Shown: positions 17,803 through 27,171, counted from the stretch's first letter. The stretch is DNA of 35,013 bases from Candidatus Glassbacteria bacterium (GCA_016934095.1 JAFGTO010000276.1:1-35013); one strand, 5' to 3'. Numbers and translations: made by a program. Notes: a model not told the origin generated them from the letters alone.

Positions 17803-18417
17803 TCAGTCTTTGTCTTCTTCGAGGGGTACGCCGTGGGCCACGGCATAGACATGGAACATACGCTGGATCACTGTCAGGTTGGTGAAGATGGCCAGGGCCC
17901 AGAGCATGTAATAAAGTACCACGTGTCCCAGCAGGGCGGCGAACCCCAGGTAAACGATACGCTCGGGGCGCTGGAACATGCCCACCTGGCAGTCGATATG
18001 GAGCGCCTCCGCTTTCGATCGGGTATAGCTGACCATCAATGACCCGATGGTTACCAGCATCAGGATCCAGATCATCTCGTTCTGGTGGCGCTGCAAATAC
18101 AGGTACAACAGCCCCAGGTTGACTATCGTATCCGAGAGGCGGTCCATGGTGGAGTCGAAGAAAGAGCCGAACTTGCTGCTTAACCCCGTGGCACGGGCCA
18201 CCTTTCCGTCTATGATGTCGAAAGTCCCGCTGAACAGCAGGATCGCACCCGCAAGCTGGACATGGTCCCTGGCAAATGACACCGCTGCACCCACCGTGAT
18301 CCCGAACCCGATGATAGTCAGCAGGTTCGGTTCCACCCGGTGGCGGATACAAAAACGAATAAGCGGGCTGATCAGGTCAATATACCAGTATTTAATGAGC
18401 TTGGGTAAGAAAGACAT
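17803..18417 (-). CDS. CDP-alcohol phosphatidyltransferase family protein (PgsA-like, with features recalling the phosphatidylinositol-phosphate synthase subgroup)
   Basis: Signature D-x2-DG-x2-AR-x8-G-x3-D-x3-D is present as FDIIDGKVARATGLSSKFGSFFDSTMDRLSD, with multiple TM helices. ATG at 18417; an alternative GTG at 18426 overlaps the trxA stop by 1 nt. Confidence 0.8.
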   Translation of the reverse strand: MSFLPKLIKYWYIDLISPLIRFCIRHRVEPNLLTIIGFGITVGAAVSFARDHVQLAGAILLFSGTFDIIDGKVARATGLSSKFGSFFDSTMDRLSDTIVNLGLLYLYLQRHQNEMIWILMLVTIGSLMVSYTRSKAEALHIDCQVGMFQRPERIVYLGFAALLGHVVLYYMLWALAIFTNLTVIQRMFHVYAVAHGVPLEEDKD

Positions 18418-18425
18418 CCGGATCA

Positions 18426-18761
18426 CTAACTCTTTAACAGAGCATCCAGTTTGTTCTGCAGGGAAGATTCCCCTACATACCCGATAGATATGTCGGCAGG
18501 CTCTCCGCCCTTGAAGTAAATCAGGGTGGGGATACTGCGTATGCCGTATTTCTGCGCGGTTTTCGCATTCTCATCCACATCCAGCTTGAAAACCTTTACC
18601 TTACCTATATTGGCCTCTGCAAAAGATTCCAGTATCGGGGCCATCTGGATGCAGGGCCCGCACCACTCCGCCCAGAAATCAACCACGGCGATACTGTCCT
18701 CTTTGAGTACTTTTTCCTCGAACTCGGCGTCCGTAACGTGTACCGGCTTGTTGTCTGACAT
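18426..18761 (-). CDS. trxA: thioredoxin
   Basis: WAEWCGPCIQMAP active site on a thioredoxin-sized protein of about 110 aa. ATG 18761 has AAGGTGG 5 nt upstream. TAG stop. Confidence 0.9.
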   Translation of the reverse strand: MSDNKPVHVTDAEFEEKVLKEDSIAVVDFWAEWCGPCIQMAPILESFAEANIGKVKVFKLDVDENAKTAQKYGIRSIPTLIYFKGGEPADISIGYVGESSLQNKLDALLKS

Positions 18762-18950
18762 GAAAACCACCTTTCTCTATGGCTGGCCAGGCTCGCATTT
18801 ACCTGCGCCGCCCCTGTATAGCCGAATCAGTCGCTCCGGAAGAAAACTGCACTTACCGGCTGCAAAGAAACCGGATTGTCTATTATAATAAACAGGCTGC
18901 CGAAAATCAATCGAAACCTCCGGGCAACTCGCGCAAACCGGCGGTGAGTA

Positions 18951-18980
18951 TTGACAAATCAGCGCAGACAGTATTATCAT
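18951..18980 (+). promoter_or_regulatory. Candidate sigma-70-type promoter for nadE
   Basis: TTGACA (18951-18956), an 18-nt spacer, then TATCAT (18975-18980), about 130 nt upstream of the nadE ATG. The alternative TATTAT box would leave only a 15-nt spacer. Confidence 0.3.
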
Positions 18981-19109
18981 AAAGATACAAATCCATAAGA
19001 AAATCAAGGGGTTAATGGTTTTCACCCCGCTGCAACCTGGCTTTTGCGGCAACTTTCGTTTATCGACCCGCTGCCTGGATCCTATTATCCCCGGTATCAA
19101 TGGACCGTG

Positions 19110-19952
19110 ATGAACCCGAAAGCAGCAAAGAAAGTGTCTTCCGCCTTCAACTGCGAGGAGAGCCTCGGTTCCCTGACCGGCTTTATTCGCAGCGAAGTCG
19201 GGAAAACGGGGTTCTCGAAAGTTGTGGTGGGTCTCTCCGGTGGGATCGATTCCAGTCTTTGCGCCGCCCTGGCCGTGCACGCCCTGGGTGCAAGGAACGT
19301 GATCGGAGTGATGATGCCGTATGAGACCTCCACTGCCGACAGCCTCTCGGATGCCCGTCAACTGGCGGCCGGCTTAGGCATCGATCAGCGCCTGGTGGAG
19401 ATCACCCCGATGGTCAAGCCATACCTGGAGAGACATCCCGGAATGAGCCCGGTCAGGCGGGGCAACGTGATGGCCCGCATGCGCATGATCGTTCTCTACG
19501 ACATCTCGGCGGCGGAAAACTCCCTGGTTCTCGGCACAGGCAATAAGACAGAGTACCTGCTGGGATACTGTACTTTGTGGGGAGACACGGCCTGCGCTTT
19601 CAACCCGCTGGGAGACCTCTACAAGTCTCAGGTGCGCGCCCTGGCCGCATACCTGGGACTACCGGAAAGCATCACAGCCAAGACACCCAGCGCGGACCTC
19701 TGGTCCGGACAGACCGATGAGGATGAGCTGGGGTTCAGCTATGACGAGGCGGATGCATTGCTCGAGCTGCTGATCGACCGCGGGCTTGAACCGGAAGAGG
19801 TGGAAGAACTCGGCTTTTCCAGTCGGCTTATAGACACTATCCTGGAGAGGGTCGAGCGGACTCAATTTAAACGTCGCCTGCCCCCTATCGCTAAATTGGA
19901 CCACCGGAAGACCGGAGCTGAGCGCCCATCTCCCGGTAATAAGCATTACTAA
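19110..19952 (+). CDS. nadE: NH3-dependent NAD+ synthetase
   Basis: Start at ATG 19110 (MNPKAAKK). PP-loop VVGLSGGIDSSL and the downstream TGNKTE / LGDLYKSQV motifs are typical of NadE. Confidence 0.85.
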   Translation: MNPKAAKKVSSAFNCEESLGSLTGFIRSEVGKTGFSKVVVGLSGGIDSSLCAALAVHALGARNVIGVMMPYETSTADSLSDARQLAAGLGIDQRLVEITPMVKPYLERHPGMSPVRRGNVMARMRMIVLYDISAAENSLVLGTGNKTEYLLGYCTLWGDTACAFNPLGDLYKSQVRALAAYLGLPESITAKTPSADLWSGQTDEDELGFSYDEADALLELLIDRGLEPEEVEELGFSSRLIDTILERVERTQFKRRLPPIAKLDHRKTGAERPSPGNKHY

Positions 19953-19980
19953 ACCATTTTTCATCCCGGGTGGTTATACC

Positions 19981-20355
19981 ATGTCAACAACAATCCAAAT
20001 AATCTGTGCGGTGAGCCTGGTGGTTATCGCGCTTTATTTCCTGGTGCTGACCGTTCTCGCCATCATGGCTTATCTCAGGATCCGGAAGACAATCCAGTAC
20101 CTGAGGGAAATATGCGCCAGTAAGCTCGAGCCTGCACTCGACGTACTGGGAAGCGCGACCAGAAACCTGCAGGAGCTTGCCGAGAGCACCTCTCGAAAGG
20201 TGGATGACTTCACCGAAATAATCCCCGAGACCCGCGAAAAACTGGAAGAATTGATCGACCTGCTGGATTACGTGCAGGACAAGATGAAGAATCCCCTGTT
20301 GAACATAGTGGCCGCTTTCAAGGTTCTTGGGGATAAATTTAGTAAGTGGACCTGA
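19981..20355 (+). CDS. small membrane-anchored helical protein, DUF948-like
   Basis: 124 aa. N-terminal TM (IICAVSLVVIALYFLVLTVLAIMAYL) followed by a long helical region. The pairing with a downstream YtxH-like gene is the common DUF948/YtxH arrangement. Confidence 0.55.
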   Translation: MSTTIQIICAVSLVVIALYFLVLTVLAIMAYLRIRKTIQYLREICASKLEPALDVLGSATRNLQELAESTSRKVDDFTEIIPETREKLEELIDLLDYVQDKMKNPLLNIVAAFKVLGDKFSKWT

Positions 20356-20389
20356 CCTTTGTTGTAAACCACGTTTAAAGGAGGCTGAC

Positions 20390-20800
20390 ATGTCTGAGAA
20401 TACCGGCAGTTTTTCAATCGTCAAGGCCTTTCTGCTGGGAGCGATCTGCGGGGCCGGCGCGGCTCTGCTGCTCGCACCGCAAAGCGGGGAAGAGACCCGC
20501 AGGAAACTCGGCCAGAAAAAAGACGATGCCAGGAAAGCCCTGAAAGAAACTTCCGAACACCTGGCGAAAAAGGGCCATGAAGTAATCGATGAAAGCAAGA
20601 AGACCATCGATTCACTGAAAGGCGAGATGGGCAAGCTCTACGATGAGGGCAAGAAATCGATCGGCTCCATCCGCGGAGAGATCTCCAAGCTGGTCGAGGA
20701 GGGCAAAAGCACGGTCAAGCAGACTATCAAGGAAGAGTTGTCCGCCCTGGAAGAGGAGCTCAGCGACAAAAAGAGGAAGTCCGGCAAGCAGAAGGCTTGA
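20390..20800 (+). CDS. YtxH-like (general-stress-type) protein
   Basis: ATG 20390 lies behind AAAGGAGG. The N-terminus FLLGAICGAGAALLLAPQSGEETRRKL matches the YtxH motif (LAPxSGxETR). The rest is K/E-rich helical sequence. Confidence 0.7.
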   Translation: MSENTGSFSIVKAFLLGAICGAGAALLLAPQSGEETRRKLGQKKDDARKALKETSEHLAKKGHEVIDESKKTIDSLKGEMGKLYDEGKKSIGSIRGEISKLVEEGKSTVKQTIKEELSALEEELSDKKRKSGKQKA

Positions 20801-20889
20801 GGACGTTTTTCCGTAGCGGCCATCCAAAAGGGCACGGGCCTCGACTCCCTTAGGAGTATTTGCAGGCCCCCTGGATTGGACACCCGCTC

Positions 20890-20921
20890 GCATTTCCCCG
20901 CGGCTGGCCGCAGGGAAATGC
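20890..20921. other. 32-nt two-tier GC-rich hairpin in a convergent intergenic region
   Basis: GCATTTCCC-c-GCGGC-tg-GCCGC-a-GGGAAATGC. Function unknown. It sits 12 nt before the bidirectional terminator. Confidence 0.5.
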
Positions 20922-20932
20922 GACCTTAAATA

Positions 20933-20971
20933 AAAGAAGCCGCTGAAGTTAATAACTTCAGCGGCTTCTTT
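20933..20971. terminator. Bidirectional rho-independent terminator between the YtxH-like gene (+) and the 602-aa T9SS gene (-)
   Basis: AAAGAAGCCGCTGAAGTT-aat-AACTTCAGCGGCTTCTTT, an 18-bp perfect stem with A-run and T-run flanks that provide a U-tract in both orientations. Confidence 0.85.
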
Positions 20972-20997
20972 GCCTTGCTCTTCAGATACAACTGCAG

Positions 20998-22806
20998 CTA
21001 CTTCAACAGGACCATTTTTCTGGTCGAGGTATACTTGTCGGAACTGAAGCGGTAGAAATATACCCCGGAACTCACCTGGCGCCCGTGGTTGTCGGTGCCA
21101 TCCCAATTAGCCGTGTAGAAGCCCGGTCCTTTCACATCTTTGTCCAGCGTCCTCACCAGCTTACCACGGATGTCGTAAACGTTCAGGCTGAACGAGACAA
21201 AACCGGCATCCTCGGGTACCTGGTAATTGATGGTAGTGGACGGGTTGAACGGATTGGGATGGTTCTGGGCCAGTGCGAAAGCCTTGGGCAATGAAGCGCC
21301 CGGGCCGAGACCCTCTCCGCTGAGCGGCACACGGTTGTCAATGGTGGCCACGCCGTCAATCAACTGCATCGACATGTAGCTGCCGTCGGAGTCGAGAACA
21401 TTTGCCTGCTTGATTAACAGGCTGACATCGACAGAGTTATCCTCTGTGATTACGCCTTCCCAGCCTTCGATATCGAAAACCAGGCTCATGATCTCACCGC
21501 TTCCGACTTCAATCACCTTGTCGATTGAAGAGGCGAACGCCACGATTTTGATATACTCTGTGGAATCGGCCACATTGACCTGCCAGTTAGCCATCCTGTC
21601 GCTCTGCATAACCCCATCGGCGTCCAGGGAAAGCTCTATGGCCTCATCAGCCGAGAGCTTGCAAATCTGCAACTCCATCACCGACACCGGCAGGCTGTTG
21701 GTCATCATGACAGGCAGGTGCAGCTGGCCGTCTACGATCATGGCGATACCGCTGGCCTCATCCGCCTCACCCGGCTGATGGGCACCGGCTTTGACGCCGA
21801 CAATCAAGCTGTCGCCGAAAAACACGTCGGGTGCCAAGGTACCGATGGCAGGCTGCTGGAGAGCTGTCAGCGGAGCTCCGGCGGCATCGCTCAACACCAC
21901 GTCGGCCAGGGCTATGGAGATCGGGTCTCCCGCAGTCAGCCCTGAGGCAGCATACTCCAGGGTGCAGAGGGTGCCGAGCGGCCCCATGGCCACTTTTCCG
22001 CCGGAAAACGTGACGGTCGCAGTGGTCATCCCGTCCGCTGTCTCGGTATCGCCGATCGTGAAGGCCATCCCACCGGCCCGCGAGCCGGCTTTCACGCTGG
22101 CAAGGCTCAGGCCTGCAGGGTACGATACCTTGAAGCTCCCCGAGGCGATCTCATCCTTGTTCAGCACGTTGATCGGCAGGCTCAGCTTGCCTCCGGTGCT
22201 GGGGATCTCGGTGATTTCCGGCAGCTCCAATGCATCGTACGCCGGGATATCGGCAATCACGATCGGGTCTGCAACAACCGCCGGGAGAGTCCCCAAGGCC
22301 GCACCGGTGAACGGATATGCCAGTAAAAGAACTCCCTCCTGGGGCTGGGTAGCCCGGGTCAGCGGATGACTGCCGAACTCCATATCCTCAGGGACCTGGA
22401 GCGAATAGGTTAGCAGCACCCCGGATTTGGAAGGAATGTCTCCGTCATCTACCAAATCATCGAGATTGAAGCTCAGCAGAGAAAGCTGCAGCCCGCTGGC
22501 ATCCAGTTTAACGATATTGGGCTTTAACCCCGCTTCATCCTGCAGAACCTCGCCATATCCTTCACCCCAGGTATACCACTCAGCCCCAACCGGTGTAACC
22601 TCTGCCGGAATTCCCTGCATAATGACAACCACCCCACCGACAGCTTCTGAGTTAATGTGCGCCTCGTAGGTTATGGTAAGCACACCACCCGGACTGACCG
22701 GTGTGGTCTTGACAAATATCGTATCCGGAGAGGCTTGTGCCGCCAGATAAGCGATGTTGAACAGCACCAGTACTATTCCTAAGAATAGTATCTTAATTAT
22801 TTTCAT
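20998..22806 (-). CDS. secreted protein with about three cohesin-like modules and a T9SS C-terminal sorting domain
   Basis: 602 aa. Signal peptide MKIIKILFLGIVLVLFNIAYLAAQA. C-terminal LPKAFALAQNHPNPFNPSTTINYQVP...NVYDIRGKLVRTL...WDGTDNHGRQVSSGVYFYRF...RKMVLLK matches the T9SS type A CTD (TIGR04183-like). The internal modules of about 140 aa are beta-rich and cohesin-like (for example SLPINVLNKDEIASGSFKVSYPAGLSLASV). Confidence 0.8.
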   Translation of the reverse strand: MKIIKILFLGIVLVLFNIAYLAAQASPDTIFVKTTPVSPGGVLTITYEAHINSEAVGGVVVIMQGIPAEVTPVGAEWYTWGEGYGEVLQDEAGLKPNIVKLDASGLQLSLLSFNLDDLVDDGDIPSKSGVLLTYSLQVPEDMEFGSHPLTRATQPQEGVLLLAYPFTGAALGTLPAVVADPIVIADIPAYDALELPEITEIPSTGGKLSLPINVLNKDEIASGSFKVSYPAGLSLASVKAGSRAGGMAFTIGDTETADGMTTATVTFSGGKVAMGPLGTLCTLEYAASGLTAGDPISIALADVVLSDAAGAPLTALQQPAIGTLAPDVFFGDSLIVGVKAGAHQPGEADEASGIAMIVDGQLHLPVMMTNSLPVSVMELQICKLSADEAIELSLDADGVMQSDRMANWQVNVADSTEYIKIVAFASSIDKVIEVGSGEIMSLVFDIEGWEGVITEDNSVDVSLLIKQANVLDSDGSYMSMQLIDGVATIDNRVPLSGEGLGPGASLPKAFALAQNHPNPFNPSTTINYQVPEDAGFVSFSLNVYDIRGKLVRTLDKDVKGPGFYTANWDGTDNHGRQVSSGVYFYRFSSDKYTSTRKMVLLK

Positions 22807-22849
22807 AAATTCCCCCTGATGAGCTTAGTTGAATGTGAAGCTGTTGGCT

Positions 22850-22876
22850 GGCGGGCTCCCGTAGCGGGAGCCCGCC
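22850..22876 (-). other. GC-rich 12-bp hairpin between two T9SS-cargo genes
   Basis: GGCGGGCTCCCG-tag-CGGGAGCCCGCC, starting 17 nt after the TGA of the 1382-aa gene. It has no U-tract, so it is not a classical intrinsic terminator. It may be an RNA stability or processing element. Confidence 0.4.
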
Positions 22877-22892
22877 GCCATTCGTCAGTTCC

Positions 22893-25800
22893 TCACTTAA
22901 GGATAACCATCTTCCTGACCGCCGAAAAATCGCCGGCTTTCATTCTGTAGAAATAAACACCGGAGGAAACAACCCTTCCGCCCGCATCACGACCGTCCCA
23001 ATTCACCGTGTATCTTCCGGCGTCCTTTAGCTCATCAACCAGGGTAACAACCTTCTGTCCACGGATATTGTAAACATCCAGAACAACCCTTAACGCACCG
23101 GCCGATTCAGGCAACTCATAGCTGATCGTGGTGGAAGGGTTGAACGGATTCGGGCTGTTCTGAGCCAGCATAAAGGCCTTGGGTAAAACCGCCGCTGCAC
23201 TCACCTTGGCCGTTTCACTTCCGTAGACTTTACCGGTCAGGTCAGCAACCTCTACCCGTTCAAGACTGAGCTTGGCTTCCTCGAAACTCGCTCCCTCGAA
23301 CAAGACCTGGAACAATTCCCCTTCCAGCTCGGCAGGCACAAAACCGCTCCCCATATTGATGACATCCACTACAAGCTCGCCATCCAGGAAGAACGGTTTG
23401 ATCATCGCCGTGCTCGGCAGGGAACGGCCCAACTTCACGTCAGCCACCTTGTAAGTATTGTCGTAGCTGAAAGTGAAGCGCGCCACAATTATCTCGAAAT
23501 TGCTGTCCAGTCTGACCAGAGCGGCTCCCTCAGGCACGTTAGCATCGGTCAGGTCCTGCGCCGAGGCCAGCATGCTGCTGCAGTCCACAGTCTGTTCCAG
23601 CAGGTAGCTGATCAGATCTGCCAGATCCTGCAGGGAAGGCGGCACCGTGGCTACCAGGTAGGCGTAGAGGTCGCGCACGTCAATTACACCATCGCCGTTT
23701 AGGTCCCGTGGGTCTCTGGCGGAAATCGTAATCGCGCCGTTAATCACCCCGACAGAGATGGTGTTCGCATCCGGGTCCGAGAGCGAGACCTCCGCAAGCT
23801 CGACCGGGATCACCTCGCCCGGCAGGGCATCCGCATAGACCGAGAAGGTAACCTTGAACAGCATTTTATCGGCGCCTGCGGCAATCGGGTTGGAGAAGGA
23901 GAAATCAACCAGGCTGACCGCAAGCACACCGCTGGTATTGGCCCCGGCTATTTCCACGCCGACCGGAGTCATACTGGCGGCATCCGCACCGAGAGCAGTT
24001 GCGGTAATCTGCAGCTTCTCCGGGTCGAACACCACCTGGAAGCTCGCCCCTGCCACATCGACCTGAGTGGTCGACAGCACATCCAGGATAGCGCTTCCGC
24101 CTTTGCTGGTCGTGGCGCTGGTAATCTTCACCACGCCCTCGGCCACTCCCAGTATACCGTCCATGGTATACACCGGGATGGAATTGGCATCCGCATCGGA
24201 GAGCGAGGCCTCATCCACCGGCAGGGTCAGCTCGTATTCCATACCCGGAGTCGCATCCTCCGGGATCATGAAAGTAACCACGAACAGGTCGGTAACCGCG
24301 CCGGCTGCGATCTGCTTGCTGAAACTGAAGTCCACCAGGGAAACCTTCAGCTCACCCGTGCTGTTGGCTTCCTCGAGATCCACCCCGACAGCGGTGAATT
24401 CGTCGGGTATCCCGGCGGCTTTCTCCGCCGCGGTTATCTGGACTTTAGTCTGGTCGAAAGCCAGGGTGAACCCTGCCCCGGCAACGTCTGCTTCATCGGA
24501 ATAGACCTGGATCGTTACGTCCGCTTCCATGCCGGGCATGTCGAAAGCATCGACCACCTTGAAATAGCTCTCCGCCACTACCGGGGCTACTGGCGTGGCA
24601 GTCACCATCGCAGCTTCGGACTTGTCTCCGTCGGTATCGTAGGCGTAGAATATATAGGTATAGGTAACCCCGTTTTCCACGTCGGTATCGGACAGCGACT
24701 CCGGCTGCTCGGCCATTCCCATGCCGTCCACCACCATCACCGAATCAGTGTCGCCTGCCGCCCGGCGGTAGGCCCTGACATAATCGATCACGGCATTGGT
24801 CTTGTCGGCAGGGTTGGTCCAGCTTATCTCGACCAGCTGGTCCCCGACTACCACGTCATCCTGGGAAACGACCACCTTGTCGGGATAAACAGTCGGCAAA
24901 GGCGGCAGAGGAGAGAAAGGACCGACCGTAGTCGCGCCCTTGGTGTTGCCTGAAACGTCCCAGGTCTGGAACGAATAGGAATACCCCTCTTCGGCATCCA
25001 GGTCGACATCGCTCCAGGTGCTGATCAACTCCCCGGATTCCTTGCTGTTGAACAGAGTATCGACCGCACCCGTTCCTGCCTCGGTCCTCACCAGGGTTAG
25101 CAGGTCGAGGTCCAGGTCTGTCGGGTTGTCCCAGGTCAAATCAATCCGGCCTACTCCGATAGTGGCCTCGATGTTTCTGACCGAATCGGGCGGAGTTACA
25201 TCGACCGCGACTATGGTGAAATAACCCTCATCCGGGCTGATAGTCTTATATTCAGGCACGAATTCGGCGTTCATCACGGTGGCTTCACCACTGGACTTGA
25301 TCGAGGCCTTGTCGCCGGCCGTCATCGCACCGGTGGCGGTAAGCTGCAGGCTCAACAACTGTCGGGCCGTACCGCCTGCGGTGATGCTGTTCTCCTTACC
25401 CGTGTCGAACATCCCTATCCTGATGCTGTCCGCATAGGTACTGACAGCCGTATCCTCAGGAGTGTCGGCTTCCCAGATATCACCGTTGAAAGTCAGCGAG
25501 CCGGCGACATACTCCAGCGAGTCCGAGTCGAACTCGATGAGCATGTCAAGGCCGGCAACCGCTGCCTTGTTGGATATCTTGATGATGACCCTCTGGGTGG
25601 ACCCTACTCCACCGCTGACATCCACGACTTCGAACTCGTAGGCGCCACGGACGAAAAACACACCCTTCTGTATGTCGGTCGGACTGACCGTAACGTACTG
25701 CGGGATGAATTCTTCGTCTACAATGGTAACTTCTCCGGTCGCATCGATACTGTCGTAGGCGGCTGTGGCATCCTCATTGACATGCAGGATGAACTCGAAG

Positions 25801-27041
25801 GCCAGCTTTTCCTCCGTGCCTGCCGCGATAGTACTTTCGCCGACCGAAGCGGCGCTCACCGTCAGAGAACCGTCTCCCGGGGTGATATTAGTTTCGACAT
25901 CAGAAGGATCGCCCGAGAAGATATCCGCCATAACATCGACGTCGGTCTCACTGACAGTGTACTGGTCCTCGTCGAAGGTCAATCCGACCTCGTAGCCTAC
26001 AATCGCATCCGCGTTCTTCAAGTAGACCCTTACCGTGTCCGAGCCTTCGGGGTTTGCAGTAGCGTCCCTGCTGATCCTCAGGCTGAACTTACCGACAATA
26101 TCTACGTTACCGTTAATAACACTGGGAGTGTTATAGACCGGCTCGAAAGTATCCGTAAGCGTGTTCACGGTCGGGTCTGTTATATCTAATGCATTAAATG
26201 GCCCGGCAGTTGCAGTAGCAGCTGTCTTCATGGAAATCTTCGCGATCCACTGGCTGACCGCCGAGACCGGTATAGAGGCTTCTTCCCAGGTATAGAGGAC
26301 GAGCTTGATCTTGCCGTCGGCTGCCTCGGAAGAGTCAACCTCGAACTCGGGGGTGCCGTTCTGCCAGATATCCGGGTTTATCTCGACGTCGTAGTTGAAT
26401 TCCACCTGGGTGGGAGTGTAAGAAAGGTAGAATTCGAGCCCGACAACGTCCTCCGCGTTTTTCATATATATCGGCACTTCGAACGACATCCCCAGGCTGG
26501 TCTCGACACTGTCCGCCTCGAGGATAAACTTGCTGAGGACATTCACCGCTCCGTCCGTCAGATCAGCCACCGTATTATAGACCGGCAGGAAATCCGTCGA
26601 CAGTCCCACGAAATCCGCCGTGGGGGAGATAACAACGTCTCCCGGTAAAAGTCCCTCAGGAATATTCATCTGGATCGTGAATAGTTCTTTCGGAGTACTT
26701 GTCTCCACCAGGGGTGATTCCTCGGCCATGGTGTAGAATACCACCTTGACCTGGCCGGGCGTCGTCGTATCCACCTCCGGTGCATCAGCGGTCCAAACCT
26801 CCGGGTTGTGCACTATGCTTCCCCACTCGTATCCCAACGAGTCGGCATTGAAGGAAAGCGTAATTTCAGCCCCCGGATAAACCGTGTCGGTAGTTACGTA
26901 CACTTTCACCATAACGCTGCTGCCCGAGAATCCCTCACTATCCTCCACAATCACAGCGTTAGCCCCGTACAGACTGCCTCCGGTTAACAATAAAAATAAA
27001 GCTAGCACTCCTGCCAGGCTTAGAAGCCTTTTAAGTTTCAT
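22893..27041 (-). CDS. scaffoldin-like surface protein: 4 cohesin-like modules, 2 FN3, 2 cohesin-like modules, dockerin-like segment, 1 cohesin-like module, T9SS C-terminal sorting domain
   Basis: 1382 aa. Signal peptide MKLKRLLSLAGVLALFLLLTGGSLYGA, with RBS GGGGAGG upstream. Repeated modules of about 140-150 aa carry the cohesin-like core V.V....V.G..F.L.FD...L (for example VIIKISNKAAVAGLDMLIEFDSDSLEYV and ILDVLSTTQVDVAGASFQVVFDPEKLQI). FN3-like units contain IDLTWDNP and VEISWTNP. DLNGDGVIDVRDLYAYL looks like a dockerin/EF-hand loop. CTD is LPKAFMLAQNSPNPFNPST...GVYFYRM...RKMVILK. Confidence 0.8.
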   Translation of the reverse strand: MKLKRLLSLAGVLALFLLLTGGSLYGANAVIVEDSEGFSGSSVMVKVYVTTDTVYPGAEITLSFNADSLGYEWGSIVHNPEVWTADAPEVDTTTPGQVKVVFYTMAEESPLVETSTPKELFTIQMNIPEGLLPGDVVISPTADFVGLSTDFLPVYNTVADLTDGAVNVLSKFILEADSVETSLGMSFEVPIYMKNAEDVVGLEFYLSYTPTQVEFNYDVEINPDIWQNGTPEFEVDSSEAADGKIKLVLYTWEEASIPVSAVSQWIAKISMKTAATATAGPFNALDITDPTVNTLTDTFEPVYNTPSVINGNVDIVGKFSLRISRDATANPEGSDTVRVYLKNADAIVGYEVGLTFDEDQYTVSETDVDVMADIFSGDPSDVETNITPGDGSLTVSAASVGESTIAAGTEEKLAFEFILHVNEDATAAYDSIDATGEVTIVDEEFIPQYVTVSPTDIQKGVFFVRGAYEFEVVDVSGGVGSTQRVIIKISNKAAVAGLDMLIEFDSDSLEYVAGSLTFNGDIWEADTPEDTAVSTYADSIRIGMFDTGKENSITAGGTARQLLSLQLTATGAMTAGDKASIKSSGEATVMNAEFVPEYKTISPDEGYFTIVAVDVTPPDSVRNIEATIGVGRIDLTWDNPTDLDLDLLTLVRTEAGTGAVDTLFNSKESGELISTWSDVDLDAEEGYSYSFQTWDVSGNTKGATTVGPFSPLPPLPTVYPDKVVVSQDDVVVGDQLVEISWTNPADKTNAVIDYVRAYRRAAGDTDSVMVVDGMGMAEQPESLSDTDVENGVTYTYIFYAYDTDGDKSEAAMVTATPVAPVVAESYFKVVDAFDMPGMEADVTIQVYSDEADVAGAGFTLAFDQTKVQITAAEKAAGIPDEFTAVGVDLEEANSTGELKVSLVDFSFSKQIAAGAVTDLFVVTFMIPEDATPGMEYELTLPVDEASLSDADANSIPVYTMDGILGVAEGVVKITSATTSKGGSAILDVLSTTQVDVAGASFQVVFDPEKLQITATALGADAASMTPVGVEIAGANTSGVLAVSLVDFSFSNPIAAGADKMLFKVTFSVYADALPGEVIPVELAEVSLSDPDANTISVGVINGAITISARDPRDLNGDGVIDVRDLYAYLVATVPPSLQDLADLISYLLEQTVDCSSMLASAQDLTDANVPEGAALVRLDSNFEIIVARFTFSYDNTYKVADVKLGRSLPSTAMIKPFFLDGELVVDVINMGSGFVPAELEGELFQVLFEGASFEEAKLSLERVEVADLTGKVYGSETAKVSAAAVLPKAFMLAQNSPNPFNPSTTISYELPESAGALRVVLDVYNIRGQKVVTLVDELKDAGRYTVNWDGRDAGGRVVSSGVYFYRMKAGDFSAVRKMVILK
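23724..24572 (-). repeat. Tandem duplicated cohesin-like modules (coding repeat) inside the 1382-aa gene
   Basis: Module A (24144-24572) and module B (23724-24143) align in register. Compare DVAGAGFTLAFDQTKVQITA with DVAGASFQVVFDPEKLQITA, VSLVDFSFSKQIAAGA with VSLVDFSFSNPIAAGA, and SLSDADANSIPV with SLSDPDANTISV. Confidence 0.75.
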
Positions 27042-27171
27042 ATCTAAACCTCCCCGTCTCCTGACGAGCCGATATAAGAGGTAACTTCAACATATGCTTT
27101 TATCCCGTGAGTAAAGGTTACAATTATGTGATCAATATACGGAAAACGGACAATAATGATATTTCTTTGCT

